Positions 39,311-52,839 of a stretch of DNA of 64,000 nucleotides are shown in pieces. Source of the DNA: Octopus vulgaris (lineage: Eukaryota); the NCBI GenBank assembly GCA_951406725.2, contig OX597831.1, positions 2,294,001-2,358,000 on the forward strand, given 5' to 3'. The notes beneath the pieces were generated by a model. That model saw only the letters and a program-made list of their open reading frames with translations. It had not been told where the DNA came from and made no database searches. Position 1 is the stretch's first letter. The number at the start of each line of letters is the position of its first letter. Position numbers and translations under genes: made by a program.

Positions 39311-41124
39311 CTGTCAAAATTATTAAAAAAAAAAAAAAAAATAAATGAACAAAAAGCAAAATATTTGATAAAAACCCATCAGTGCATTCAGTGTTATAGG
39401 AACAGAGAATGTAATAACACACAAATGATGATGATGATAATGTGGGAGATATGAAATTGCCTACTGCACTTGTAAGGTTATCGCTATGGAAACAGTGTCA
39501 AATGAGATGTCACCGATACTGAGATGAGTTTGGTCTTTGGAACTTACTGGATATTTATCTATTTTTAGTTGTCTTTCTAGTTGATGATATGCATGTGCAT
39601 GTGTTGTGTATAAATGCCTGTGCGACACAATCAATATTTAACACGTGTGCATGTATTTGTTATACCAGTACATCAATATGTGTCAACATGGTGTATGTTT
39701 GTGTGTGCATGTTTATATGTCTTTCTGTTAACATAAATGTGAGTGCATGTATATATATCTGTATAGTTGTGTAAATGTTAATATACCAGTATATGTGCAT
39801 ATGCTATAATAACTCTGTGTGTGTGTGTGTGCACATCAGTAAGTTTTAGAATATGTAAATATTCTAAAGTATGATTAACTGTGCTTTCCTAAGTTGTCCT
39901 CACACACTTTGTTCCAAAGTCTTTCTCATGGCACTTATTTCCAAAGTGTTTCTCACAAAACTTTTTTCCCAAACTTCATCATAACACTTTCCTTCAAAAT
40001 ACTGGCATTTTCAACACTTTCTTCCAAAGTCTTTCTCACAACAATTTCAAATTTGTCATGCGTCATCTGTCATCTATTAATCTCACATTTCCATACCAAC
40101 AACCACCTCAAACTCTATTATTCATTACTGCCAATAACTTTGATATCCAATAGATTTATCAATTCCAGTGTACTTAAGCATCTTTCATAATTTATCATGA
40201 CACATCTAACAAACCTGTTTCAACTCATTCTTTAGTCACACATCTGTGGCCTACAACATTCACTCCATATAACATCACACTCCTGTAGCCCTCTACATTC
40301 ATTGTATAAGTTTGCCCCACCAACATCTTACAAATACCTCATACATGATGTCTTCTATTGATGACATTTTGTTTTAGTGAATTATGCTTGGAACAATTTC
40401 ACTGATAAGGATTTTGTCCGAAAATTTTAATAAGAAGATGAGTAAATGATTTTATATATATATATATATATATACATGTATTGTGAATTAACAATGCTAC
40501 CATTGGTTTCATAGTGAGAATTCTCAAATTATCAAGCCTGCAACATAAAACCAATGGTAGCCATGTTAACTTACAAATAAAGAATATATATCCACCAATG
40601 CAGTGCTGAGCACCCATTCTCACAGTTCAATATTAGCATGTCGAAAGTCCCAGAATTACATGAGAATTACATGCAGCAAATTTTCCCTTGACCATAAAGA
40701 TCAGTCACTTTCACAGGTTTACAACAACCAAGTTCAAAATACAATCACTTCCCTGCAACAAAGAAAGTAGTGACTTAACTATTAACAGAAAAAGGTTTAA
40801 AAATTAAAAAAAAAAGGGAATCATAGAAATTACTAAGAAACATTTTAGTGATGAATTAGTGAAGCTTCTTCCTTTGAGACCAGTAACAGAGTAGGAGATC
40901 TTACAAAAAGAGAGAGAGAGTTAATATTTATTTGATAGGTTCACCAGTTTATATGAAGTGGCATAGAAATTAAAACCAACGAAACTACAATATTTTAAAT
41001 AATTAATGGATAAAATAATGATACTTGAGCATATCTGTAACAGTATAACTGATGAAATACAATGCTTCATCATAGCAAGACCTAATAGAAATAGCAGTCA
41101 AATCTCTATTGAATCATAACCCAC

Positions 41125-41155
<31 letters not shown>

Positions 41156-41189
41156 GTAAAATACATTGAATAGTGTAGTCCTAGATATA

Positions 41190-41337
41190 CAGTGGAAACT
41201 GCTTACTGTGATCACTTTGGGATTAAGCCTTTTTTTATAACAATAACCAGCTGATAACATTAAGTAAATAAGAGTTTAGGACCCACTAAATAATCAGTTG
41301 ATAACCTTATTTGTAATTATAATAAGTGGCTTCACTG
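41190..41337. mobile_element. pogo/Tigger-like MITE with TA TSD
   Basis: ta|cagtggaaactgctta ... taagtggcttcactg|ta. Confidence 0.65.
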
Positions 41338-43409
41338 TATTCATCAGCCAATTTTTATCAGTTTCAATTGCTTTTATCAGTGATCAAGGACCATTGGGAC
41401 GTTGCATTGGCAATATTTGAGACTAGGAGTCTGCATGGTGGCACTCTGTAGCAGACAACACATTTTAGTGGACCGGAGCAATATGAAATAAAGTGCCTTG
41501 TACAAGTGCTGCCTGGTCCAAAAACTGAACCTATGAGCTTATGATAGTGAATGCAACTATCTAACCACTAGGCTGTGTGCCTTCATGGGTTCTACTGTGT
41601 ACTACATCGGGAAATATAATCAAGAATATTCTTGATCACAAGTCTGCCCATTCAAGGTTAAGCAGCAAAAACTACTCGCAACAAACCAACAAAGGCGGAG
41701 CCTCAACCTTGTTTATTCAGAGCTCCCTTCCACACCCAGAAGCAGATAAAAACAACAGAATCAATAACTATTCAAATCTCTCAATTTTAAAAAAATTTTT
41801 CCCCTCTCAACTTTTCCTTAATTACTGACTTAAAAAAAAATATCTTATTTAATTATTTATTTTTTGGCTGAGAAAAGAAAATAATACAAAACAAATACAA
41901 AAAAAATGTTTAAAAGACTAATGAGAGAATAAAACATATACAATCATTAATTTAAATAAACACAATTAAAAATGACATGACTAATAAAATTATCCAATAC
42001 AACTGATTAAACAACAGCAGCAACAAAAACAATATACACATTGTTTAGAATTTTTCTTTTCTATGTAAATAAAAATTTCTTCTGATAAAAGCTTAAAAGA
42101 AAACTTCTGAATGATATCTTAAACATGATAGAGTGGTGATGCAGAAAAGGAAGGTTGAAGAAAGATATTGAGAAAGTTTGTGAGATAAAGAGTGAATGAG
42201 GGAGAGGAATGAGTAAAGTAGAAAAAGCGAGTGATTATTCAATTTCCAAAAAAAAAAAAAAAAAAAAATACTGGAAATAAATTTAAAAAATTAAATTTAG
42301 CATTTAAACTTCAAAATGCTACATAAAAATCTGTTATTGTTATGCTGTAGCTAAGATTGTTTTTCTTTTTCCAGAGGAGGGTGTGTGATTATAGACAAAG
42401 AAATAAAGAAATGTACATGTGTGTGTGTGTAGGTCTAATAGACAATTAATAATACCTAATTAAATTTACATAAAATTAGGTAGAGAATTAGGAAAAGATA
42501 TTGGTAGGAGGGATAAATGGTAAGGAGGAGAGACAAAAAAAAAATATTCATAAAATAAAAAAAAAGTTACTTTAAAACAAAGTAAAAAAAAAATGAAATA
42601 TTTTGTTTCATCTCAATGATTACTCAACAGCTAATCTGTGTTAATCAGATAAAATTTAATTCAATTCCAGTTTAAATTTATTTACTTATCCCTCCCACCC
42701 GCCTCCTCTTCCCCAACTTATTCCACTCCAGCTCTAACTCTGGCTCCACTTTATTCTGTTTATCTTTGAATTAAAGCTAATGATGAAGATTAGATTAGAT
42801 GATATTAGATTAAAATAAATAAATAAATAAATAAATAGATAAATAAATAAATAAACCTTACACTAAACATCAACACAGCTTCAATCAAAGATTGAATGGG
42901 CAGGCAATGAATGTATGAGGGGTGAAGAGGAAGGGATAGTTATATGAAAAATTCATATGAACAAACAACATATATATGATATATATATATAATAAAGTCA
43001 TAATAATAAATAAATACATTGATTACGCAAGTTAATTATGAGACACAACAAATATTTATCCAAGCAAAACACTGAAACAGAACATAAAAAAACGACAACT
43101 GAAACATGAAGTAAAATATAAAGAAAAAATAGAGAATCTAATTGTATTGTATTTAACAATACAATGATGCTAATTATGATTAAAAAGAAATAAGCAGAGG
43201 CAGAAGAAGAAATATTAATACTATCACGACTTCACTACATTGACTTAACAAGATTTTGCCGTGTTCTTGATTTCATTCTTCCCTTTCTTTTTTCTTTTCT
43301 TTTTTTTTTCAACCATTTATTTATACTTCCATCTCAAAGAGAAAAGATTATGACTGAATACCTTTTGAAGATGGCAAAACAAACATCAGAGCCAATGAGA
43401 GAGAGAGCA

Positions 43410-43607
43410 CAGATGTGATCTCTCAATATACTAGAAGCAGCAGCCAAATCTACTCAGAAACAGACCTCCTACAGTTTTTAGAAAAGAAATAACACTAACA
43501 ATGCACTATAAGTTATATTAAGAGGTGGGATGACCAGTGACAATGGCTAGAGAGCTCATGAATACAGGTCTGGTTGATCAGTGAAGACCTTGGGCTAAAC
43601 AACAACA
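43410..43607 (+). repeat. Old interspersed repeat of about 200 bp (relatives at about 20660-20850, 41075-41190, 60045-60162 plus 61030-61075)
   Basis: Shared blocks tagaa(a/g)(t/c)agcagccaaat...aggtctg..gatcag..gacct.gggctaaacaacaac. Confidence 0.6.
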
Positions 43608-45028
43608 TGGCAGATATAATGAAGTACTCAAATTTTCCCTTCTCTTTTAATTTTGTTGTTTCTAGATAAACCAGCTCAATGTCATGGAAATACCAAACTC
43701 TGTAATGAGAGCTCTTTCAGAAATCTGTAATGATTTATTTTCTGTGATACATTCCAGATAAGCTTGATAAGTTCTTCAAGTCTGTTCTTGAATTAGTTAA
43801 ATTACTGTTAACATGTTTAATGCCGGCAATGTTATTGTCATCATCATGGTCGTTGTGGTCATTTCACATCTCTTACCATGATAGCATGGGTTGGAAGTGC
43901 TGTCACAGACTGAGTGATTTAAGAGGTACTGCTCCTAAAGATTAATGCTTTTAAATGTCATTTGGCTTGATTTCTATAGCTAGCCGTGTTTCCTATCACC
44001 AACTCCTTTACAGAGTGTATAGAGTACAAATTTTCATGATGCTAGAGAGGTTGAATAATAGTTCTCAGTGAAATATAATTAAAGGCACCTCACAACCCTA
44101 CACTTTCTCTGCTCATCTGCCCTGAGTACAAACTGAGTGCATTTTTGTGGTACCAGCCCTAAATAGGTAACCTATCTCATTATTTACCTGTAGAGAAAAT
44201 ATGATGAGTTCCAAGCTCCCTGTAACACCAGCACAGGAAGACAGGTACCAAGTCTATAGGAGAGCGGGAGCGAAAAAGACAATATTTGCACAATAACTAT
44301 TATTTCACTCATAACACATTGGCTGATCCAAAGTTACAGTAGAAGACACTTGTCCAGGTTCAAACCTGAAGACTCAGTTGTAGTTGTGAAGCAAACTTTT
44401 TAATCACATGTCAACACCGGCATCTATAATGAATTAAAAATTAATTAATTAATTAAAAAGAATAATAAACCTTAAAAAAATAAAGACAGGAATTATCCTC
44501 CAGAGACTGATTATTTTAAAGTTTAATAATAAATTTTGGTGATTCTGAACACAGTAGAAAGTAAAAATGTCTCAACTCACCAACTTCAAAAAGTGCCATA
44601 AATTTTGAGTCTCTAGAGCATCAGCAAAAGCATCATAGTCCTGAAAATATAACATTAGACAAGTTTGAAACAGAAAATTGTCACAGATGTCACTAATATT
44701 CATATATAATACAGAGAGATCAATATTATTCTATTCAATTTTAAGGGTATCATCAAAGACTTCAACTAAGTTATGTATCCAGTAAGTTTATTCTGTGGAT
44801 CCCATTGAGTTGGGCGCAGTAAATTCAAAAAAAACTTTTATAATGTTGTCACTGGTTAAACCAGTACTTATTTATAATACTGCTACCACCACTTATTTTA
44901 GCACCAGCTCAGCAGACTGAGTCATTTTCTTAAGGATAAAATACAGTTGAGGTGACAGAATACAAACACCAACCTGCCAGTTGGTTTTCTGGTACCTTAA
45001 CCAACTTGATAACTCAAGCTGGTGATAT

Positions 45029-45257
45029 TTAACTCTTTAGCATTCAGATTATTCTATCAAATGTAATGCTTTTTCATTCACATCATTTTCAAGTAACCAT
45101 TGGCTTTTCTCATAGCTTTGAGATTTTGCTGATGTAATTGCATATTTTTAGAATGACTTTGTAGGGTAGGTGTGAGAAGCCAGATCTGTCTGGTCTGAAC
45201 ATAAAACAAGTAGAATATTCGGGCTGGATATGGCCAATTTAAATGCTAAAGAGTTAA
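45029..45257. mobile_element. piggyBac-like MITE, family 1
   Basis: ttaa|ctctttagcatt...aatgctaaagag|ttaa. Confidence 0.8.
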
Positions 45258-45320
45258 AATCAGACTGAGATCAGACTTTCATCTTCTGCTTCTCTCCTTT
45301 CCACCAACTTTCCTTCTTTT

Positions 45321-45359
45321 GTTTTTCTGATGAAGGACAAGCACCTGAAACATCAAGAC
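45321..45359 (+). ncRNA. Minimal type I hammerhead-ribozyme-like motif in a Penelope-like repeat fragment
   Basis: uuuu CUGAUGA AGG-acaagca-CCU GAAAC AUC aagac: intact core, 3-bp stem II, 4-bp stem I. Confidence 0.55.
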
Positions 45360-45614
45360 CTTTCCCCCTTTCCTTTCCAGCATTAGACTGATAACACCTT
45401 TGTAAAATTTTGTCTCTCATGTTGCACTTTTTCTTGCTTTTTGCTTATCCATCATAAATATATTTGTAAATATAATGATGCTCATGTTGCTTAAAAAACT
45501 ATTCAAATGTGAAGCCTTTCACTTTTTGGTTTTGGTTACAGCCATACATCCTTTAATGTGAGTGAGATATATTCTTGAATATATTACTGTGCAACAAAAT
45601 TTTTATTTTTATTT

Positions 45615-46045
45615 TTGTCCTTGGTCAGTAAGTGTTATTTCCTATTTGCTTCTATCTAGAAATCAAAGGAAATGACTGCCATTCCCTTCAAATTTTGCTT
45701 TTGTGACCTGGACATCAATGTTTTGCAAATGACCTACTTTCCATTACTTTTCTGACAGATTCAGAGCTGAGCTGTTCAAGCAGAAATATTGTTATAGTAA
45801 ATATTCTATATTTGCTTGTCAGTTGCTTGACATTAACCACTTGAGCATATGTTAGTGACTGACAATATCTGCACCTCTGATCATGAGCAGGAGCAGTGCG
45901 GGGAGGGACCATAGCCATGTTTGAGAGAGATTCTTTGGGGGCTTGAATAAATGTAACAAAAGCTAAGTTTGGAGGAAATATTAGTCCTTTTTCATACTTT
46001 CTAGGGGTAAGCAAATAGGAAATAACAGTTACTACCCAAGGACAA
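45615..46045. mobile_element. Non-autonomous TIR element (TIRs about 38 bp, possibly Sola1-like)
   Basis: Left ttgtccttggtcagtaagtgttatttcctatttgctt; right aagcaaataggaaataacagttactacccaaggacaa. Second copy at 60572-61013. Confidence 0.75.
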
Positions 46046-46527
46046 ATATCACATTAGTGTTACTCCTTCTTTACATTTTCCTTTTGGCTATCACATTCAT
46101 GATTGAACATGTAATGACCATTGTCACACATTAATGAACCTCCTCATTATCTGTTATTAAATGATGGCCAGGAAACCTGTAATTTTACATCTTTTTAATA
46201 AGTTCATCTAATCACAAAGATGTTTGCTAAACTATTGCTTTATAAAACAATAGCAATGTTTGATCTCATGACACTGTGATGATTAATTGGTTCAGATAGT
46301 TTGATTGCAACTCATTAACCTGTAATGAGTAAATATGTGTGTTTGTGTGTGAGAGAGAAAGAATGAGTGAATGGATGGGTAGGTCTGGTTGTATAATGTT
46401 TGAGTAAATACACGAGGAAATGTGGGTAAGAATGGGTGAGAAAGGGAGTGTGGGTGTGTGTGTGCTTTTATATGGTCTGTATGATGTGTGTGTATGAACG
46501 CAAAGGAGTATGGAAATACAAATAAAT

Positions 46528-46902
46528 GTGAGTGAGTGAGGAGTGAGTGAGTGAGGAGTGAGTGAGTGAGGAGTGAGTGAGTGAGTGAGTGAGTGAGTGA
46601 GTGAGTGAGTGAGTGAGTGAGTGAGTGGAGTGAGTGAGTGGAGTGAGTGAGTGGAGTGAGTGGAGTGAGTGGAGTGAGTAGAGTGAGTGAGTAAGGAGTG
46701 AGGAAGGAGTGAGGAAGGAGTGAGGAGTGAGTGAGTGAGTGAGTGGAGTGAGTGAGTGAGTGGAGTGAGTGAGTGAGTGGAGTGAGTGGAGTGAGTGAGT
46801 GAGTGGAGTGAGTGGAGTGAGTGAGTGGAGTGAGTGAGAGAGAGAGTGAGTGAGTGAGAGAGTGAGAGAGTGAGAGAGAGAGTGAGAGAGAGAGAGAGAG
46901 AG
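46528..46902. repeat. (GAGT)n/(GGAGT) satellite grading into (GA)n
   Basis: Directly visible. Confidence 0.97.
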
Positions 46903-47756
46903 ATAAAGAGTATATGAATATGATTCTGAATGTGTGAGTGCAAATAAAAGTAAGAACAAATGAATAATATTGTGTGTATGTGTGTGTGTGTGTGGATGTG
47001 AATGAGGGTGTGCATGAATGTGAATGAATATGTTTGTTCATGAATTTGAGCAAGTAAATATGTGGTAAGTTAACCTGGCACAGTTTAAGCTGATCCATAA
47101 CAATGACACTTCTAAGTTCACCCAGTTTTCTCCACTCTCTAAGCTAAAAGTTGTCTTCCCATTCATGAACACACACATGTTCCCTTCAACTAATGATTAA
47201 ATTCATCCAGTTATTCTTATATTTTCAATGTAGAACTGCCTTAAAAAAGCCACTGGCATTACATCTTTTCAAGCAGAATCCTACAGACAGAAGACTGTAT
47301 CCCTTAAACCAAACATAATCGTAAAGATATGGGGGGGGGGAAGATATTACAAACCCCATATGGACACCTCAAAAACAATCTACTCTTTATCTCAATTATA
47401 AGATTATATCTCTTTTGTAAACAGTTTATCGATATTACTATGGCAACAGATGTATTATCATTACCATTATTTTCTCCAATTCCAATAAACAGTCTCTTCA
47501 TCTTGCAGTCTATCAATAGTCTGTATTGGTATTCTCCTTACAAAGATATAGTCTTTAATATTTCTTTGAATAGCCACAATATACAGAAGCCAGTAGACTG
47601 GCTTCCATAGAATTTAGAATTTAGAACCTTGAATAATTAAAGGAGTATACCATGGTATGTTGGAAATATGTAGGAAATATTCTTTTATTGTATCTTCCCC
47701 AACCTTGGGTTTTGAGTATAAAAGAAGCTTATCTGTTTTTGGTCTTTCTACCTTTA

Positions 47757-48110
47757 CCTTTTACTTGTTTCAGTGATTAGATAGTGGCAATGCTGGAGCA
47801 CCACCTTAAAAAAAAAGTCTTAGTTGAATAAATCAACCTCAGTACTTTTTTAAGCCTGGGATACTTATTCTGTTCATCTCTTTTCTGCTAAGTTACAGGG
47901 ATGTAAACACCCTAACACTGATTGTTAAGGGGGGGGGGGGGGCACAGACACAAAGAAACACAGAGATATACAAATATACATACATACATACATACAATGG
48001 GCTTCTTTCAGTTTCTATAGAAGACACTTGCCCAAGGTGCCACACAGTGGAACTGACCCTAGAACCATGCAGTTGGGAAGCAAGCGTCTTACCTCACAAC
48101 CATGCCTGTA
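47757..48110 (-). mobile_element. CORE-like OR-type SINE
   Basis: ttttacttgtttcag..atgctggagcaccacc..agaagacacttgcccaaggtgccacacagtgg. Confidence 0.8.
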
Positions 48111-49639
48111 CCTAAAGATTTCAAACATGTCTTGTTTAAAAAGAGACCTACTTTTAAAATCTTTTTCCATAGACATGTAATAGGTCTTAGTACACTCTCT
48201 TTGCTGTTTTGGGGTAAACTGTACTGCAGTTTGGATTAAAACAACGGTTATCATCAACAGAAGCTAGCTCTAGTAAGTAATGATAGCTTACAGTGATATC
48301 TGAAAGGTTAAGAAAGAAGACTACACTTAAGTAATGAAAATATAACAGCTGACAGTTTGAGAAAACAAGTGATGGTTTGCATTGACAAATAACAGACAAA
48401 TGAAAATTTGTAACATAGAATGCATCCGTTTGCCTTGAGAGGAGAGACGAGGACAGTGATGCTAGGAATTTTATATATTTTATAGATGACTTTTAGTTTA
48501 GAGGTAACATAGCATCCACTTGCAATAACATGGTTTTAAGTTCAATTTCACTTGCTGAGTGAGTGAGTGAGTGTAAGTGTGTAAGGAATCAGGAAGTAGA
48601 AAATATGTATGAAAATCCACAACATCTGTCCATCCATCCATCCACCCACCCAGAAACCAATATCAACACGTAAAATATACAAACATCAATGTAATGCCTA
48701 TCATATAACTTGCCAGGTTATGAAACAGCTGTAAACACATGGAATAAACATCTACTTTCCCCACATTACTTCTTTCATTTGTCATATTATAAAAATATTT
48801 TAACTTGAAACCAATGGTAGCCTTAATGCACAAATAAAGAAATTCTATCCACCAATGCGGTGTTGAGCACTCATCTCATTGTTCAACATCTACATGTGTG
48901 TATGTGTGTGTGTATACATATATATCGATGGATGGATGGGCGAATGGAAGTAGAAATGTACATCTTTAACTTACACACAGTAAAAGATGTAAACCCAGAG
49001 AAAGCTCATAAATTGGTGTTTTTAAACTAAAATCCTCTATGGTATTCGTTCCATCTCACTTTTATAGAGACTATTTTGACTGCAGTGAACCACAAATTGG
49101 CTTGTTGGAAACCTATAATCAAGGATAGACATGATATAAAAGACGAATATATATAAACTATATCTAAAATAATTGATAAGAGTGCTCAAACCACACTACT
49201 AATGCTACTACTGCTAATGTTATTATTACAGCCCTATTGTATTGCGCCTGCAAGCAGAGGTGGTGGGGTAGCACATAGTTCTGCTTTCCTAAATTTGACT
49301 GACAGACAATAAATTCCAGCAGATTGGTTAGTGTTAGCAAGAGATGGGAGTTATGTAGTTCAATGTCTGCCTTAGACAAGATTACGTTTGTTCTTCCTAA
49401 TTATATTGTTTACAGATGAATATCCAAATGAATATTAATTAGTCTGTGTGCACATGAATGTGTGTGTACATTGGCACACATATATGTATGTGAGTATATA
49501 ATGATGAAAGCATTTATGTACGTGTTTATTTTGTTTACATTCAAAAACAGAGCTTGATGCTCACTTTTGATATAAAATAGGATGTGTGTGTGTGTTTGTG
49601 TAGACATTGTATATATGTTGACTTTGTGTGGGTAGGGAT

Positions 49640-50112
49640 AGAGTGGGAGTTCAAGGAGAGGGTGTAGGGGAGAGAAAGAAGGGAAGAGTGACAAGAAAGT
49701 TGGAGAGAAAGGGAGGTAGCTGAGGAGAGAGAGGGAGGAGAGAGAAGAGAGAAATAAGGGGAGAGAAGGGTGAGTGGGTGAGAAGGTGAGTGGGAGAGAA
49801 GAGGGAGTGGGAGAGAAGGTGAGTGGGAGAGAAGGTAGGGAGAGAGGAGGGAGAGAGGAGGTAGGAGGGAAAGAGGAGGAAGGGAGCAAGAAGGGGAGAG
49901 ACAGCAAGAAGAGGGAGGGAGAGAGAGAAGGGGAAGAGAGAGAGAGATGGGGAGAGAGAGATGGGGAGAGAGAGATGGGGAGAGAGAGAGATGGGGAGAG
50001 AGAGAGAGATGGGGAGAGAGAGAGAGGGGAGAGAGAGAGAGGGGAGAGAGAGATGGGAGAGAGAGAGAAGGGGAGAGAGAGAGATGGGGAGAGAGAGAGA
50101 AGAGGGAGAGAG
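49640..50112. repeat. Polypurine GA/GGGGA low-complexity tract
   Basis: Directly visible. Confidence 0.95.
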
Positions 50113-50192
50113 TGTGCATGTGAATGAGGTTCACAATAGCTAGATGATGAAACCCCCTCCTTGATACAGCTCCTCTGTCTCCCCTTTTTTAC

Positions 50193-50224
50193 CAAAGAGG
50201 CTGTGTTATTCTAATAATTCGTAT
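50193..50224 (-). CDS. Candidate 32-nt microexon (phase 0-2, IRIIRITQPL)
   Basis: Acceptor ttttttgttgctgttattgtttgacag| contains UGC; donor TTG|gtaaaa. Open only in phase 0. Confidence 0.25.
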
Positions 50225-51535
50225 CTGTCAAACAATAACAGCAACAAAAAATCCTGCTACAAACTGGAAACCAATTTATCACGAGAGAGTTTAGTATCCT
50301 TGCTGTGACACCAATAAGTGCAAATAATTCACTGAGATTAGTGATTTATTTGTAATTACAGTATCAATCAGTTCCTTTTTTTTAGTCCGACGTCAGCCCT
50401 AATCAAGCAGACCAAACATCAATGATATGCATGCCTTGACCAGTCCATCTTGTATTTGGACATTTTGTAACATTGTCTGAAGTGTTCCTGTTTTAGTAAG
50501 ATCGTACATTGAGGTTTGTTGGGGATCTGTCTACTATTTCTAATAAGCCAAGCAATTGTATAGATGTACCCTTAGAGGTGGAAGGAAGAGTGCTAACAGC
50601 GGTTATGATCAGCTGACACAACCCAGGAATATTACTGGTACTCAATGTAAAATCATTGAAAAGGAAGAAAGAAGTGAAGTTGACACTGACAAAATTTGAA
50701 CTCAGAACCACAAGAAAATGAACTGAATGACAGGAGTGGAATTAGTCCACCTTCATTATCAAATCTGAAATTCATTCATTTTAATGAAAATAATGATAAG
50801 TAGGGACAGGAGACAGAGATAAAAAGATGATGCAGATAAGAGATGATAATGAAGATTATTCAGATATGATAACAACGATGATGGTGATGATGATGGTGGT
50901 GAAAAGAAATGACAGTGAAGATTATTGGGATGACAGTGATACTGATAATGGTGTTGGTGATAGTGATGATGACAGTGATGGAAATTCTAACGGCTGTCAT
51001 ACATATGATGAGGATAACGATATATATATATATATATGATAATGATGAAAAACAAAATGAAAATGATAGTGTTGGTGAATATTTCTATGGTTACCAGCAT
51101 GAAAATACAGATAAACAACACAGGTGTCCATTGTTGTGTTTGATTAAAACCATCAATACATTCAAAAAGAAAATATGTTTCATTGATTTTTACAAGTCTC
51201 CACCAATACAACGAATAACGTAGCTGCAATCACCCACGCATGCCTGTAGCTCAATACAATCTCCTAGAAGAGAGTAAGGATGACCGAGTAGGAAGAGAAC
51301 AGCAGACAACCATCTAAGAGGCTGGAGATCTGTATCTGGTCCTCAGTACTACACTGTGTCTACAATGAGTCCAGTTAATTGTAGATATGTCCTACAGGAT
51401 AGGAACAACTTGCTGTTCCATGCAGCATTGCCAATTCAATAATTTCCCATGCTAGGTTCAATTCACGTGATGGGAACATCTATCTAGGACAGGCCAGTAC
51501 CTTTCTAGAGGAATATTTAGCTAGCATCTGCTTAA

Positions 51536-51870
51536 TTCTTTACTTGTTTCAATCATTTTAGTCAAATGAATCAACCCCAGTACTTTATTTTTTTTAAGCC
51601 TGGTACTTATTCTATCAGTCTCTTTTGACAAACCGCTAAGTTATGGGCACGTACACACCAACACCGGTTGTTAAACGGCAGTGGGGTACAAACACAAAAT
51701 ACAAACACACATATCTATACAATGGGCTTCTTTCAGTTTCTGTCAACCAAATCCACTCAGAAGGCTTTGGTTGGCCAGAGGCAATAGAAGACACTTGCCC
51801 AAGGTGCCATGCAGTGGGACTGAACCCAGAAACATGTAATTGGAAAGCAAGCTTCTTACCAAACAGCCAT
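51536..51870 (-). mobile_element. CORE-like OR-type SINE
   Basis: Same diagnostic blocks. Confidence 0.8.
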
Positions 51871-52604
51871 GAGAGATAAGATCTAGGCCCACAAAATTGG
51901 AATAATGGCAGCATGTCTGAGAAATGAATCCCACGAGGTGGAGTGGCTGCTGCAGTGAGTATTGTTGACCATTCTCCACAACACCACCATTGTAGTCATT
52001 GCTGTGGGGCATGGCTGAACACACCCTTCCCCTCCACTTTCTGCTGTTTTGCACCCACCCTTTTATTTTATTTTCATTTTCTAAATTTCTTTTTTTTTTC
52101 TGTTTCTTAGTATTTAAATATTATAATTTAAAATGTGATCTGTTATACAATTGATTGTAGAAATAAAAAGAGGTGACATGGGATTTGTAAGTAGAAATAT
52201 GATCATCATCATTGACAGAGGATTAGCTTAAACTCATTAGAAATTAGCATTTCAAAGACAGAATAAATTTGTGCTCCTCCCCTCTACCACCACCACCACC
52301 ACCACACACATAAAAACAAAGCTATAAATTAACATTATTTTTTAAGATGATGGCAGTTTTATTGTGTTTAAAAACCATGAGGAAGCATGACAAGTCCTTA
52401 AGTGGCTATGTAAACCAATCCTTGAACAACAGGCTCTGGCACACTTGGGACAAATATGGTGGGTTTGGTCAGATGGGGGTTCATGACAATGACCTTTTCT
52501 GTCTTTGATATTTCTCATCTGCTACAACTGTTCTGGCCTTCTGAAAATTGCTTACAGCAGTCTGGATGTAATCTCACCCCACTTCCCTCCTTCAGTGCTA
52601 CAAC

Positions 52605-52795
52605 TATTGAGCTGGCGGAATCATTAGCATGCTGGGTGAAATGCTCAGTGGTATTTTGTCTTTATGTTCTGGAGTTCAAATTCAACTTTTCTTCTCATCC
52701 TTTTGGAGTTGATTAAGTACCAGTGAAACACTGGGGTCTATATAATTGACTAGTCCCCTCCCTAATATTTCAGGCCTTGTGCCTTTAGTAGAAAT
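52605..52795 (+). mobile_element. Meta-domain-like SINE, rare plus orientation, (ATT)n tail
   Basis: gagctggcggaatcattagcatgc...ggagttcaaattc...ttaagtaccag...ggccttgtgcctttagtagaa followed by (att)n. Confidence 0.85.
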
Positions 52796-52839
52796 TATTA
52801 TTATTATTATTATTATTATTTGTAAGTATATATATATAT

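Noticed and set aside
46266-47098. ORFs rich in S/L/T/H
   Set aside because: Artefact of the (GAGT)n satellite.
40546-48895. Homologous segments at about 40546-40640 and 48805-48895 as mutually exclusive duplicated exons
   Set aside because: The second copy has stops in the matching frames and both sit by TA/TG tracts, so they are better explained as repeat fragments.
49410-50195. S/L/P-rich and E/R/G-rich ORFs
   Set aside because: Artefact of the GA low-complexity tract.
50827-51039. Asp-rich plus-strand ORF
   Set aside because: Decayed (GAT)n low-complexity tract running into (TA)n, with no splice support.
51743-52054. 103-aa minus-strand ORF as an exon
   Set aside because: No polypyrimidine acceptor, and the 3' part runs into a SINE.
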